Made by a program: the position numbers and the translations under genes. From assembly GCA_042570265.1 (NCBI GenBank), contig JBHPGU010000005.1:228-64227 (forward strand): a stretch of 64,000 bases of DNA, given 5' to 3'. The notes under the pieces were generated by a model. It was not told the origin of the DNA. It did not search any database and worked only from the letters and a program-made list of their open reading frames with translations. Source of the stretch: Candidatus Omnitrophota bacterium. Lineage in GTDB: Bacteria > Omnitrophota > Gorgyraeia > Velamenicoccales > JABMQK01. Of the stretch, positions 27,203-35,205 are shown in pieces; the stretch's first letter is position 1, and every line of letters starts with the position of its first letter.

Positions 27203-28927
27203 ATGTTTACGAACGGGAATAGGACAGGAAGCATACTTTTAAAGTCTGGTAAGATCACTCGAGACCAGCTTGATAAAGCACTCAACGAGCAAGAGCAGGC
27301 CCAACCACGCAGTCCCCTTGGCGAGCTACTTGTGAAGCTTGGCTTTATTACGGATGAAACCGTTGCACAGACTCTAGCCGAGCAGATGAAAATAGACTTC
27401 TACGATTTAACTGAAGATTTCCAGCTTGGCAATGAGGAGTTAAAACTTATCCCAGAGTCTGTTGCCCGCAAATTTTGCATCATCCCCATAAAAAAAGAAA
27501 AGACCTCCCTTACTATTGTGATGAAAGATCCTCTAGATCTGGATGCAGTGGATACTGTGCGCATGATAGCTAAGTTAGAAATCTATAAGGCCATAAGCAC
27601 TGAAGAGAAGATCGTCTCCGTAATAAATAAGTCTTACAAGGAAGAAGCACACATCGAGAAGAATTTTCAGGATATAATCGATTTAGAAACAGAAAAGGTA
27701 AACGGAGACGGAGAAAAAGAAGAAATTGATCCTGATCAGCTGCGTACTCAGGCTAATGATGTTCCCGTTGTTAGGCTGGTAAATTTGATGTTGCTGCAGG
27801 CGATCAGGGATAGGGCTAGCGATTTACATTTAGAGCCAAGTGAACATGCAGTCAGCGTTAGGCTGCGCATTGATGGCGTATTGAAGAATATCATGCCTGT
27901 TTCTAAAGTTCTATACCCGGCCATTGTCACCAGAGTTAAAATTCTTTCCGGAATGGACATTACTGAACGCAGACTGCCGCAGGACGGCCGTTTTAAATTT
28001 AAAACTTCTGACTTTACTATTGATGTTCGCGTTTCGTCTCTTCCGGTTGCCGGGGGTGAAAAATTGGTCCTTCGTATATTGAATAGAGATGCATTGATTG
28101 TAGATATGAAGGATATAGGTTTTGATCCTGAAATGCTGGTTAACTTTCAGAGGATCCTTAAGAAACCATTCGGTATTATCCTTTTGACCGGGCCTACCGG
28201 CAGCGGTAAGACCACCGCTCTTTATAGCGCTTTAAATTTTTTGAAGAGCCCGGAAACTAATATACAGACAGTAGAAGACCCTATCGAGTATTTAATCAAA
28301 GGTATCAACCAGATGCAGATTAAGCCTCTGATCGATCTTACCTTCGGCAACTCCCTGCGTTCAATATTAAGGCAAGACCCCGATATAATTATGATCGGTG
28401 AAATCCGGGATCTGGATACGGCCCGTATTGCTATGCGCGCTTCATTGACAGGGCACTTAGTTTTGAGTACGCTACACACCAATGACGCGACTTCTGCATT
28501 TAGCAGATTGCATGATATCGGTGTGGAGCGATATCTTATAGCCGCGACCACAAATTTGGTTATTTCTCAAAGATTGGTCAGGCGCATATGCGATTCCTGT
28601 AAGGAAGAAATAAAACCCAGCTCCAACAAATTAGAACTAGCTACATCCATCTTTCCTAAAGCTAATAAATGGAAATATTACCAGGGCAAGGGATGTAAAA
28701 AGTGTTTTAATACCGGATATAAAGGGCGTACAGGGATATTTGAATTTTTAGAGATTACAGATCCGTTAAAAGAGATGATAACAGAGGGAGCAGTAGATAA
28801 TATACTTAGAAAAAGAGCTATTGAATTAGGCATGGTTACTTTGCTAAAGAGTGGTTTTGCCAAAGTAAAACAAGGGATCACTACTATCGAAGAAGTCCTA
28901 AGCGTTTGTACCTTACCAGAACTATAA
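27203..28927 (+). CDS. pilB: Type IV pilus assembly ATPase PilB (GspE/MshE family) with N-terminal MshEN-type domain
   Basis: Walker A GPTGSGKTT, Asp box, Walker B DPDIIMIGEIRD, His box LTGHLVLSTLHTND, tetracysteine CDSC...CKKC. N-terminal tandem MshEN-like motif. Confidence 0.92.
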   Translation: MFTNGNRTGSILLKSGKITRDQLDKALNEQEQAQPRSPLGELLVKLGFITDETVAQTLAEQMKIDFYDLTEDFQLGNEELKLIPESVARKFCIIPIKKEKTSLTIVMKDPLDLDAVDTVRMIAKLEIYKAISTEEKIVSVINKSYKEEAHIEKNFQDIIDLETEKVNGDGEKEEIDPDQLRTQANDVPVVRLVNLMLLQAIRDRASDLHLEPSEHAVSVRLRIDGVLKNIMPVSKVLYPAIVTRVKILSGMDITERRLPQDGRFKFKTSDFTIDVRVSSLPVAGGEKLVLRILNRDALIVDMKDIGFDPEMLVNFQRILKKPFGIILLTGPTGSGKTTALYSALNFLKSPETNIQTVEDPIEYLIKGINQMQIKPLIDLTFGNSLRSILRQDPDIIMIGEIRDLDTARIAMRASLTGHLVLSTLHTNDATSAFSRLHDIGVERYLIAATTNLVISQRLVRRICDSCKEEIKPSSNKLELATSIFPKANKWKYYQGKGCKKCFNTGYKGRTGIFEFLEITDPLKEMITEGAVDNILRKRAIELGMVTLLKSGFAKVKQGITTIEEVLSVCTLPEL

Positions 28928-28970
28928 GCCCGCAAAATCATAAAAGAATAACCGAATATGAGTATAAATG

Positions 28971-29116
28971 TCTAATTTATAATTGCTCTAATTGATCTAA
29001 TGAAGTTCCAATGCCCAATGAGAAAATGAACAATAAAACTAAAGCAATTTATTCATTGGACATTAGGCATTGAGATTTGATTAGAAATTAGAATAATTAG
29101 GTTAATTAGAAATTAA
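28971..29116. repeat. AT-rich inverted-repeat element (REPIN/MITE-like), copy 1
   Basis: Left arm CTAATTGATCTAATGAAGTTCCAATG (28988-29013). Right arm GATTTGATTAGAAATTAGAATAATTAGGTTAATTAGAAATTA (29074-29115). Homologous to the copies at 33505-34182 and 41771-41915. Confidence 0.7.
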
Positions 29117-29155
29117 GATAAATATCTAATTTAATAAATATAAGGAGAATAAGGT

Positions 29156-30400
29156 TTGTTGACATTTGACTACGCTGCCAGAGATAAGGCAGGAAAATTA
29201 ATTGAAGGTTCTCAAGAAGCGCAGTCGCGCTACGATGCAATTGCCCAGTTAAGGCACAAAGGCCTTACTGTTGTCTATCTTTCTAAGGTTATTTCTGGTA
29301 AAGCAAAGAAGAAGGCAGCAGGTGCCCAGAAAAAAAAGAAGAAGAAGAAGCTCTTTGATATAAACCGGGTCAGTTTGACCGATCTTGCGGTATTCGCCCG
29401 CCAACTTTCTGTCTCTATTAATGCCGGCATGACAGCTATAGATTCCCTGCGTAGTATCGCCGAAGATATGGATAACCCTCATTTTAAAGAGATCCTGGAA
29501 GAAGTGGTCAACGATGTTAATTCCGGCAGCAGTTTATCAGAGGCGATTGGGAAACATAGGCAGACTTTCGGAACGTTATTTGTAGCCTTAATAAAGAGCG
29601 CTGAGGAATCTGGCAGTATGCCGCGAATACTCGATTACCTCTCTGGTTACCTTGAAAAGAGTGTGGCCTTAAGCATCAAAATTCGCACCATAACCGCCTA
29701 TCCAATCTTTGTAGCGGGGTTCTTTGTCATAGTGCTTTTGATAATGACACTCTTCATCTTACCCAAATTTGGCGAGATATTCTCTGGCTTTGATGCCGAA
29801 TTACCACCGCTTACCCGGATGGTCTTCGACATCAATAGATTCTCAATCAGGAATTTTCCTATATTCTTTATTTTAGCCGTCGTTTCTTGCGTGGGAATCT
29901 TTATGTATAACCGGACCCCTAAGGGCAGATTCAAGATAGACAAATTCAAGCTTAAACTACCATTTATCGGCAAGCTGCTGCAAAAAATTGCTGTGGCCAG
30001 ATTCTGTCAGGTGCTGGCAGTTATGGTCCGGGGAGGAGTCCCTATCGGCATTTCTCTGGATGTTGCTTCGGATGTCTGTGATAACAAGGTTATAGAGCAG
30101 TCTATTAAGCGGGTGAAGAAGGAGGTTATGAACGGGTCGGATATTGCCAGTAGTTTGGGACGGGATGAATCCTTTCCCCGTTTTGTGGTACGCATGTTTA
30201 GTATCGGCGAAGCCTCCGGAAAATTGGACGAAGTCCTGGATAAAATAACCAAGATGTATGAAGACCAGATAGAGGGTTCGATTATGATCGCGACTTCTAT
30301 GTTTGAGCCCGTTGTCATTACGATATTCGGAATTTTTGTCATGATAATACTACTGGCTATTTATATACCCATATTTAAGTTTGCGGCGAGTATGAATTGA
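29156..30400 (+). CDS. pilC: Type IV pilus platform protein PilC (GspF family)
   Basis: Two GspF repeats (LAVFARQLSVSINAGMTAIDSL; VARFCQVLAVMVRGGVPIGISL) and three TM helices. TTG start. Contains an atypical Lys-rich insert. Confidence 0.9.
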   Translation: MLTFDYAARDKAGKLIEGSQEAQSRYDAIAQLRHKGLTVVYLSKVISGKAKKKAAGAQKKKKKKKLFDINRVSLTDLAVFARQLSVSINAGMTAIDSLRSIAEDMDNPHFKEILEEVVNDVNSGSSLSEAIGKHRQTFGTLFVALIKSAEESGSMPRILDYLSGYLEKSVALSIKIRTITAYPIFVAGFFVIVLLIMTLFILPKFGEIFSGFDAELPPLTRMVFDINRFSIRNFPIFFILAVVSCVGIFMYNRTPKGRFKIDKFKLKLPFIGKLLQKIAVARFCQVLAVMVRGGVPIGISLDVASDVCDNKVIEQSIKRVKKEVMNGSDIASSLGRDESFPRFVVRMFSIGEASGKLDEVLDKITKMYEDQIEGSIMIATSMFEPVVITIFGIFVMIILLAIYIPIFKFAASMN

Positions 30401-30558
30401 GGAGTTTAAAAAAATCAAAGCTGAAGTTAAATATTTCATATAAACAAAGATAGTGAGGGGTGAGAGGAGGTGCCTGGAAACCAATGAAAATGTTTTTCGC
30501 ATCTAATGTTAATCTCAAAAACAGAAGTTTTCATTGACATCGAGTGTTCATATCAAAA

Positions 30559-30575
30559 TGGCAAAACAGAAGCAT
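30559..30575 (+). promoter_or_regulatory. Possible sigma-54 (-24/-12) promoter upstream of pilin 1
   Basis: TGGCAAAACAGAAGCAT: GG and GC have the canonical -24/-12 spacing (consensus TGGCAC-N5-TTGCA). Lies about 25 nt upstream of the RBS. Confidence 0.4.
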
Positions 30576-30599
30576 AGATAAATAAAAAAGGAGAATAAA

Positions 30600-31067
30600 A
30601 TGATGAAGGCATTGAGAAACAAGAAAGGTTTTACCATGATCGAGTTGATGATAGTTGCGATTATCGTAGCTATCTTAGCCGTTGTACTTATTCCGCTTAT
30701 GAGTGGCAATAGGAACAGGGCATATGCAACAGAAGCTGAAGCAACCCTTGGTACAATTCGAACCGCACTACGCGCATACCAGGCTGAAAATAATGGCGAC
30801 TTTCCAGATATTGGTGCTACTGGTGTCCCAGTATTAGTTACTGCAGCTCCAGCAAATACTATAACTTTTAGCGTTGCTGATTTAACAGGCACGTATTTTG
30901 ACGAACAGTGCTTTTTTATTGAGTCAGATCAAACTGCTGGAACTTACGAAATATCTGCTGATTGGGATGCCGCTGCAAACGATGCACCTCAGGAAGATAA
31001 ACTTGACAATCTTGCATTTTCAACAACGCTTGATCAGGATGGAGCATACGGTCGTTCAGGCTATTAA
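30600..31067 (+). CDS. Type IV pilin (major-pilin candidate 1)
   Basis: Class III signal peptide: MMKALRNKKG|FTMIELMIVAIIVAILA, with Gly-1, Phe+1, Glu+5. Confidence 0.9.
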   Translation: MMKALRNKKGFTMIELMIVAIIVAILAVVLIPLMSGNRNRAYATEAEATLGTIRTALRAYQAENNGDFPDIGATGVPVLVTAAPANTITFSVADLTGTYFDEQCFFIESDQTAGTYEISADWDAAANDAPQEDKLDNLAFSTTLDQDGAYGRSGY

Positions 31068-31112
31068 TCTTTTTTGATTAATTAGTCGGACAAGATACAT
31101 AGTTGCATACAT

Positions 31113-31150
31113 AGTTGCAAAGGATGCAGAATATCGCGTCCTTTGCAACT
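31113..31150 (+). terminator. Hairpin, terminator-like
   Basis: 12-bp stem AGTTGCAAAGGA / TCCTTTGCAACT with a 14-nt loop. It is followed only by a weak T-rich tract (ATTGTT). Confidence 0.5.
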
Positions 31151-31196
31151 ATTGTTAAGATTAACACAGATAATCATAATTTAATGAAAAATGCCA

Positions 31197-31290
31197 AATA
31201 TCTAATGACAAATGAATTTCCAATATCCAATGTCAAATTGGAAATTGGGAATTTGATATTTATTTGATATTTTGTATTTGACATTTGACA
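31197..31290. repeat. AT-rich inverted-repeat element, shorter or diverged copy 2
   Basis: TGAATTTCCAATATCCAAT faces ATTGGAAATTGGGAATTTGAT across a 5-nt spacer. It shares the AATGAATT(T/C)CCAAT core with the other copies. Confidence 0.5.
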
Positions 31291-31382
31291 TTATTCAGTG
31301 ATTATTAGGAATAATAAATTACTGTAATCGTTAAAGATCAACTTAGTTTATCATTATAGGGAATAAAAACAGAAACAAATAG

Positions 31383-31826
31383 ATGTTTAGAGTTCTAAGA
31401 AACAAAAAGAGTTTTACCATGATCGAGTTGATGATAGTTGCGGTAGTCGTAGCTATCTTAGCCGTAGTGCTCATTCCGCTTATGGCCGCAAATAGGGCAA
31501 GAGCATATTCCACTGAAGCTGAATCAGGCCTGGGTACGTTGCGTACTCAATTACGTTTATATTATGCCGAATATAGCGCTTTTCCAGTAATGGAAGTTGG
31601 AAATGCAGTTGTTGGCGAGGTTCCCGGTGTGTCTGCTGGTGATCTTGATGGAACATATTTTGGTGACCCAAGTTTTACAGTAACTGCTTCAACAGCTGAC
31701 ACCTACAACTTAACATGCACTTGGGCTACTGCTGCTGCTAATGCGCCACAAAATGGCGTGGTTACTGGTTATGGTCATACAACTACGATTGATCAAGCAG
31801 GCAATATCGTCCGCGTAGGTTATTAA
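31383..31826 (+). CDS. Type IV pilin paralog 2 (Ser at position -1)
   Basis: MFRVLRNKKS|FTMIELMIVAVVVAILA. The N-terminal ~50 aa is nearly identical to pilin 1, the C-terminal globular part is divergent, and the C-terminal ...GY end is shared. Confidence 0.85.
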   Translation: MFRVLRNKKSFTMIELMIVAVVVAILAVVLIPLMAANRARAYSTEAESGLGTLRTQLRLYYAEYSAFPVMEVGNAVVGEVPGVSAGDLDGTYFGDPSFTVTASTADTYNLTCTWATAAANAPQNGVVTGYGHTTTIDQAGNIVRVGY

Positions 31827-31877
31827 AAGGATGCAATGCTCGTATTTAACCGCGTAGGTTAAAATCCGTTAATATTG

Positions 31878-31917
31878 TTGGGAGTCCAACTCCCAAGATA
31901 GGGAGTTGGACTCCCAA
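31878..31917. repeat. 40-nt GC-rich palindrome (17-bp arms)
   Basis: TTGGGAGTCCAACTCCC aagata GGGAGTTGGACTCCCAA. Each arm is itself a small hairpin. Lies between pilin 2 and pilM. Confidence 0.8.
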
Positions 31918-31927
31918 AGGGCATACA

Positions 31928-32881
31928 ATGAACATACAAGAAAAACTATTATCGTTTTTGGGGGAAGAGGCGATTGTCGGCATTGACATAGATCAAGACT
32001 GTGTCAGGGTGGCTTCTGTCTCTCTGAAAGATAATGGGAAAGTTGCCCTAAATCAGCTCGGCAGCCTAGAGTATGAACTCGGTTCTTCAGATCAAACAAT
32101 CTCATCCAGCATAAAGAAGTTGTGGAGGACGCAGCAAATAAAAACACGCACTGTGCATGCTTGTCTACGCAGTTCATCGCTGATCTCAAAATATTTTAAC
32201 TACCCTGAACTCGCAGAGCAGGAGGTGGAGTTAGCGCTTCTCCTGGAAGCTGAACAGGTATTCCAGAAACCTCCGGAAGATCTATTTATAGACTGGCACC
32301 TGCATAATTCATCCGATAAAGCACATAATAAAGAATCATCGCAAGCTGAAGGTATACTTGTGGCTGCTTTAGCCAAGGATGTAAATAGGCAGCTCTCTAT
32401 TTTAGAGATGGCTGATCTCTATCCGGTTGCCCTTGATGTGGGCTGTATGGCTGTGGCAAATTTATTTATAGCATTGAATAGCCGTTTAAAATCTGAGAAT
32501 GTATGTTTGCTGGATATTGGCAGTAACAGTGCAGATATTACGATCCTTTCTGAGGATTCTCATATATACCCCAGCACTATTCATTCAAAGTCAGCTGTCT
32601 GGGGAGATAATATTGATTATTTGATTAGTTATATAATTGATGTCTTAAGATACCATCAATTCAAACTCCATAAGAAGCCCGTCAGAGAGGTTATTTTAAC
32701 CGGCATCTTATCTACTGATACAAAATTTCAGAAAAAATTAAAGAAAGCAATCGGGCTGCCCCTTGAGACTTGGGATCCTTTAGAGAGCAGCAACTTAGAG
32801 CTGAATGGTGTGCTGGATAAAAAGCAAATTAACGGAGCGGCGATGTCAGTCTGTTTAGGACTGGCTTTAAGAAGAGAATAA
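31928..32881 (+). CDS. pilM: Type IV pilus assembly protein PilM (actin-like ATPase fold)
   Basis: 317 aa. VGIDIDQDCVRVA N-terminal phosphate-1-like motif, LDIGSNSADITI. Positioned upstream of pilN. Confidence 0.75.
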   Translation: MNIQEKLLSFLGEEAIVGIDIDQDCVRVASVSLKDNGKVALNQLGSLEYELGSSDQTISSSIKKLWRTQQIKTRTVHACLRSSSLISKYFNYPELAEQEVELALLLEAEQVFQKPPEDLFIDWHLHNSSDKAHNKESSQAEGILVAALAKDVNRQLSILEMADLYPVALDVGCMAVANLFIALNSRLKSENVCLLDIGSNSADITILSEDSHIYPSTIHSKSAVWGDNIDYLISYIIDVLRYHQFKLHKKPVREVILTGILSTDTKFQKKLKKAIGLPLETWDPLESSNLELNGVLDKKQINGAAMSVCLGLALRRE

Positions 32882-32882
32882 T

Positions 32883-33485
32883 ATGTTTTTCAAGATCAAT
32901 CTTATTAGAAGCAAGGCATTGTCACCTGACAAGAGGAAGAAGGTATTTTCTGTTATTACAGTTTATCTTCTAATCTGTATTCTAATTTTTGTTTTTCTAT
33001 TTCTTAAGGTTGGAGCCAGTTTGATTAGTATGGGTAGGTTTCGTAAAGAAGTCTTATCCCTGGAGAAAAGATTCCAGAGAAGCTCAAAACAAAGAAATAT
33101 CTCCGAGTATCACGAAGAAATGAGAACAGAGGTTGCTCAGTACCTAAACAGGCTTAAAGCTGTTGATAACGTCTTGTCAAAGGGCGTAGATGCTACTCAG
33201 ATTTTAGTGAAAATTTCTGAGGCCCTACCCCGAGGATCTTACGTAGATAATTTTAATTTAGATAATGATAAAAAGAAGTTAGATTTTAATATAGTAAGCC
33301 CCATAGGTAAGAAAGGTGAGGCTGTAAATATAAGCAAGCTTATTGCTATATGGAAGAAAGATAAGGCTTTGATGTCGGCTATAGAGAATATAACTTCCAG
33401 TCATAGCCAGAGACAGAAAAAGGGGCAGGATATGGTATTGATTTCACAGTTTTCCTGTATTCTTTCCGAGGGTGGAGTTAACTAA
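32883..33485 (+). CDS. pilN: PilN-like bitopic pilus alignment protein
   Basis: N-terminal INLI(R) motif (FKINLIRSK), single TM helix, coiled-coil periplasmic part. Starts 2 nt after pilM. Confidence 0.65.
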   Translation: MFFKINLIRSKALSPDKRKKVFSVITVYLLICILIFVFLFLKVGASLISMGRFRKEVLSLEKRFQRSSKQRNISEYHEEMRTEVAQYLNRLKAVDNVLSKGVDATQILVKISEALPRGSYVDNFNLDNDKKKLDFNIVSPIGKKGEAVNISKLIAIWKKDKALMSAIENITSSHSQRQKKGQDMVLISQFSCILSEGGVN

Positions 33486-33504
33486 AAGCAAAAAAATAGC
33501 CTGA

Positions 33505-34182
33505 AAATTTCTAATTTCTAATTACTAATTGACCTAATAAATTACCAATACTCAAAATACAATGACCAAAACATTACCACAACGCAAAAAATTACGTTTA
33601 GGGGGTTACGATTATTCATCTGAAGGATTATATTCGGTGACCATATGTACAAAAGACCGAGAAATGTATTTTGAAAATGAAGACACAAAAAATATGATCA
33701 CAGCCGTATGGAAGGAATTACCAAATAAATATAACAATATTCGATTAGACGAATATGTTATTATGCCCAATCATTTACACGGGATAATCGGTATCGTAGG
33801 GGCGAACCTACGTGTTCGCCCGAATGATGATACCGGGCCGACACATAGGTCGGCCCCTACATTGGGTCAAATTATTCAATGGTTCAAAACAATGACCACA
33901 AATTATTATATAAAGGGTGTTAAGGATAATGATTGGAAACCATTCTTAGGCAAATTATGGCAACGAAATTATTATGAACATGTCATCAGGGATGATGCAG
34001 ATTTAAACGAAATCAGGGAATATATTCACAATAACCCAATGAATTGGGATAATGATTCAGAGAATATAAAATAATTGGGATTTGATTAGTCCCGTGGAAT
34101 TCAGAGAATTCCCGGGATTTAATCCCCGCAATCTTGCAGATTGCAGGGGAAAATTAGGTTAATTAGATCAATTAGAAATTTC
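33505..34182 (+). mobile_element. RAYT-carrying element: Y1 transposase gene flanked by the AT-rich inverted-repeat arms
   Basis: Left arm AAAATTTCTAATTTCTAATTACTAATTGACCTAATAAATTACCAATA (33505-33550). Right arm GGATTTGATTAG (34076-34087) ... AAAATTAGGTTAATTAGATCAATTAGAAATTTC (34150-34182). These are the same arms as the ORF-less copies. Confidence 0.7.
33562..34074 (+). CDS. REP-associated tyrosine transposase (RAYT; IS200/IS605 Y1 HUH family)
   Basis: HUH motif in YVIMPNHLHGIIGI. C-terminal WQRNYYEHVIRDDADLNEIREYIHNNPMNW, carrying the catalytic Tyr region and the YI..NP motif typical of RAYTs. Confidence 0.85.
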   Translation: MTKTLPQRKKLRLGGYDYSSEGLYSVTICTKDREMYFENEDTKNMITAVWKELPNKYNNIRLDEYVIMPNHLHGIIGIVGANLRVRPNDDTGPTHRSAPTLGQIIQWFKTMTTNYYIKGVKDNDWKPFLGKLWQRNYYEHVIRDDADLNEIREYIHNNPMNWDNDSENIK

Positions 34183-34211
34183 AAAAGAATATTTCAAAAG
34201 GTGGAGTATAA

Positions 34212-34736
34212 ATGGATCTAGGTATATTTTTGAGTACAAAAAAGAAATTGGTAGCCTGGATTATCGGGCCGGTTTTGTTTCTAAGCATCTTGTATCTGCC
34301 GATTTTTATTTATTTTAAATCCGCCAATAACGATCTCAGCGAGAAAAAATTCATGCTGGAATCAATGCCGACTATAATTGAAAAGATCACTATGGCGCAA
34401 GTCATGTTAAAGAGCTATCAATCAAATGCTTCCAAGGGGGAAATCATAGAGTGGTTGAACTTCCAGTTAAACCAGATTGCCGGCAGTTGTGATTTTACCA
34501 TAGATTCGCTGGTTGTGAGGAAAGATAAATCTCCGAGCTCTAGCGGGGAAATGATTATCTATAATATTTCTGTTCAAGGTAAGGGGGAGCTTTTAGGGGT
34601 AATTAGTTTTTTTGAAAATAGTCAGGCCGTGATGCCGCTTCTTACTTTGGATGATGTGAAACTGCAAACTATAGGACATGCTTCGGAACATATTTATGAC
34701 GCCAAGGTCACTTTTTCTTATAACAATTTGTCGTAG
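34212..34736 (+). CDS. PilO-like bitopic membrane protein
   Basis: 174 aa with a single N-terminal TM helix. The call rests on position after pilM-pilN. There is no strong motif. Confidence 0.45.
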   Translation: MDLGIFLSTKKKLVAWIIGPVLFLSILYLPIFIYFKSANNDLSEKKFMLESMPTIIEKITMAQVMLKSYQSNASKGEIIEWLNFQLNQIAGSCDFTIDSLVVRKDKSPSSSGEMIIYNISVQGKGELLGVISFFENSQAVMPLLTLDDVKLQTIGHASEHIYDAKVTFSYNNLS

Positions 34737-34759
34737 TTTGTAGTTTAAGAAGGGATAAG

Positions 34760-35203
34760 ATGTTGATGAGCAGGAGATTATTGAAATTAGTCAAAGGTAA
34801 TGAAGGGATGTCTATTGTGATGCTCTTTGTTTACGTGTTGGTAATTGGAATGGTTACTACTACTATTTATCATGTAGTAGAGAGGCCGAAAAGAGGCGTC
34901 AATGCGCCCAAGGGATTAGACGAGTTAATTAAACAGCTGGATAAAACCATTGACTCTGTAGGAGAGAAGGCCAAGATGCAGCCTTTCGAGTTTGCCGTGG
35001 TAGAGGAGGTGGAGGCGCAAGATAACGATAAGCTATCGCTGAGCGGTGTTTTATGGAGCGGAGATGACTCCTTGGCGATTATTAATAAAAAGATCGTAGG
35101 TATTACTGATAGAGTGGGAGATTGTTGGGTTACGGATATTCAGGAAAATAGTGTTTCTCTGCGTTGCAGAGGCGGAGGAGAAAAGACTCTTAGTTGTTAT
35201 TAA
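34760..35203 (+). CDS. PilP/GspC-like small periplasmic protein
   Basis: One TM helix. C-terminal beta segment LSGVLWSGDDSLAIINKKIVGITDRVGDCWVTDIQENSVSL resembles PilP/GspC HR domains. Confidence 0.4.
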   Translation: MLMSRRLLKLVKGNEGMSIVMLFVYVLVIGMVTTTIYHVVERPKRGVNAPKGLDELIKQLDKTIDSVGEKAKMQPFEFAVVEEVEAQDNDKLSLSGVLWSGDDSLAIINKKIVGITDRVGDCWVTDIQENSVSLRCRGGGEKTLSCY

Positions 35204-35205
35204 TT

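Noticed and set aside
28971-29125. Could the recurring TAATTAGAAATT-type repeats be a CRISPR array?
   Set aside because: The repeats are irregular in spacing, arranged as inverted arms and scattered across 13 kb. There are no unique spacers of constant length and no cas genes.
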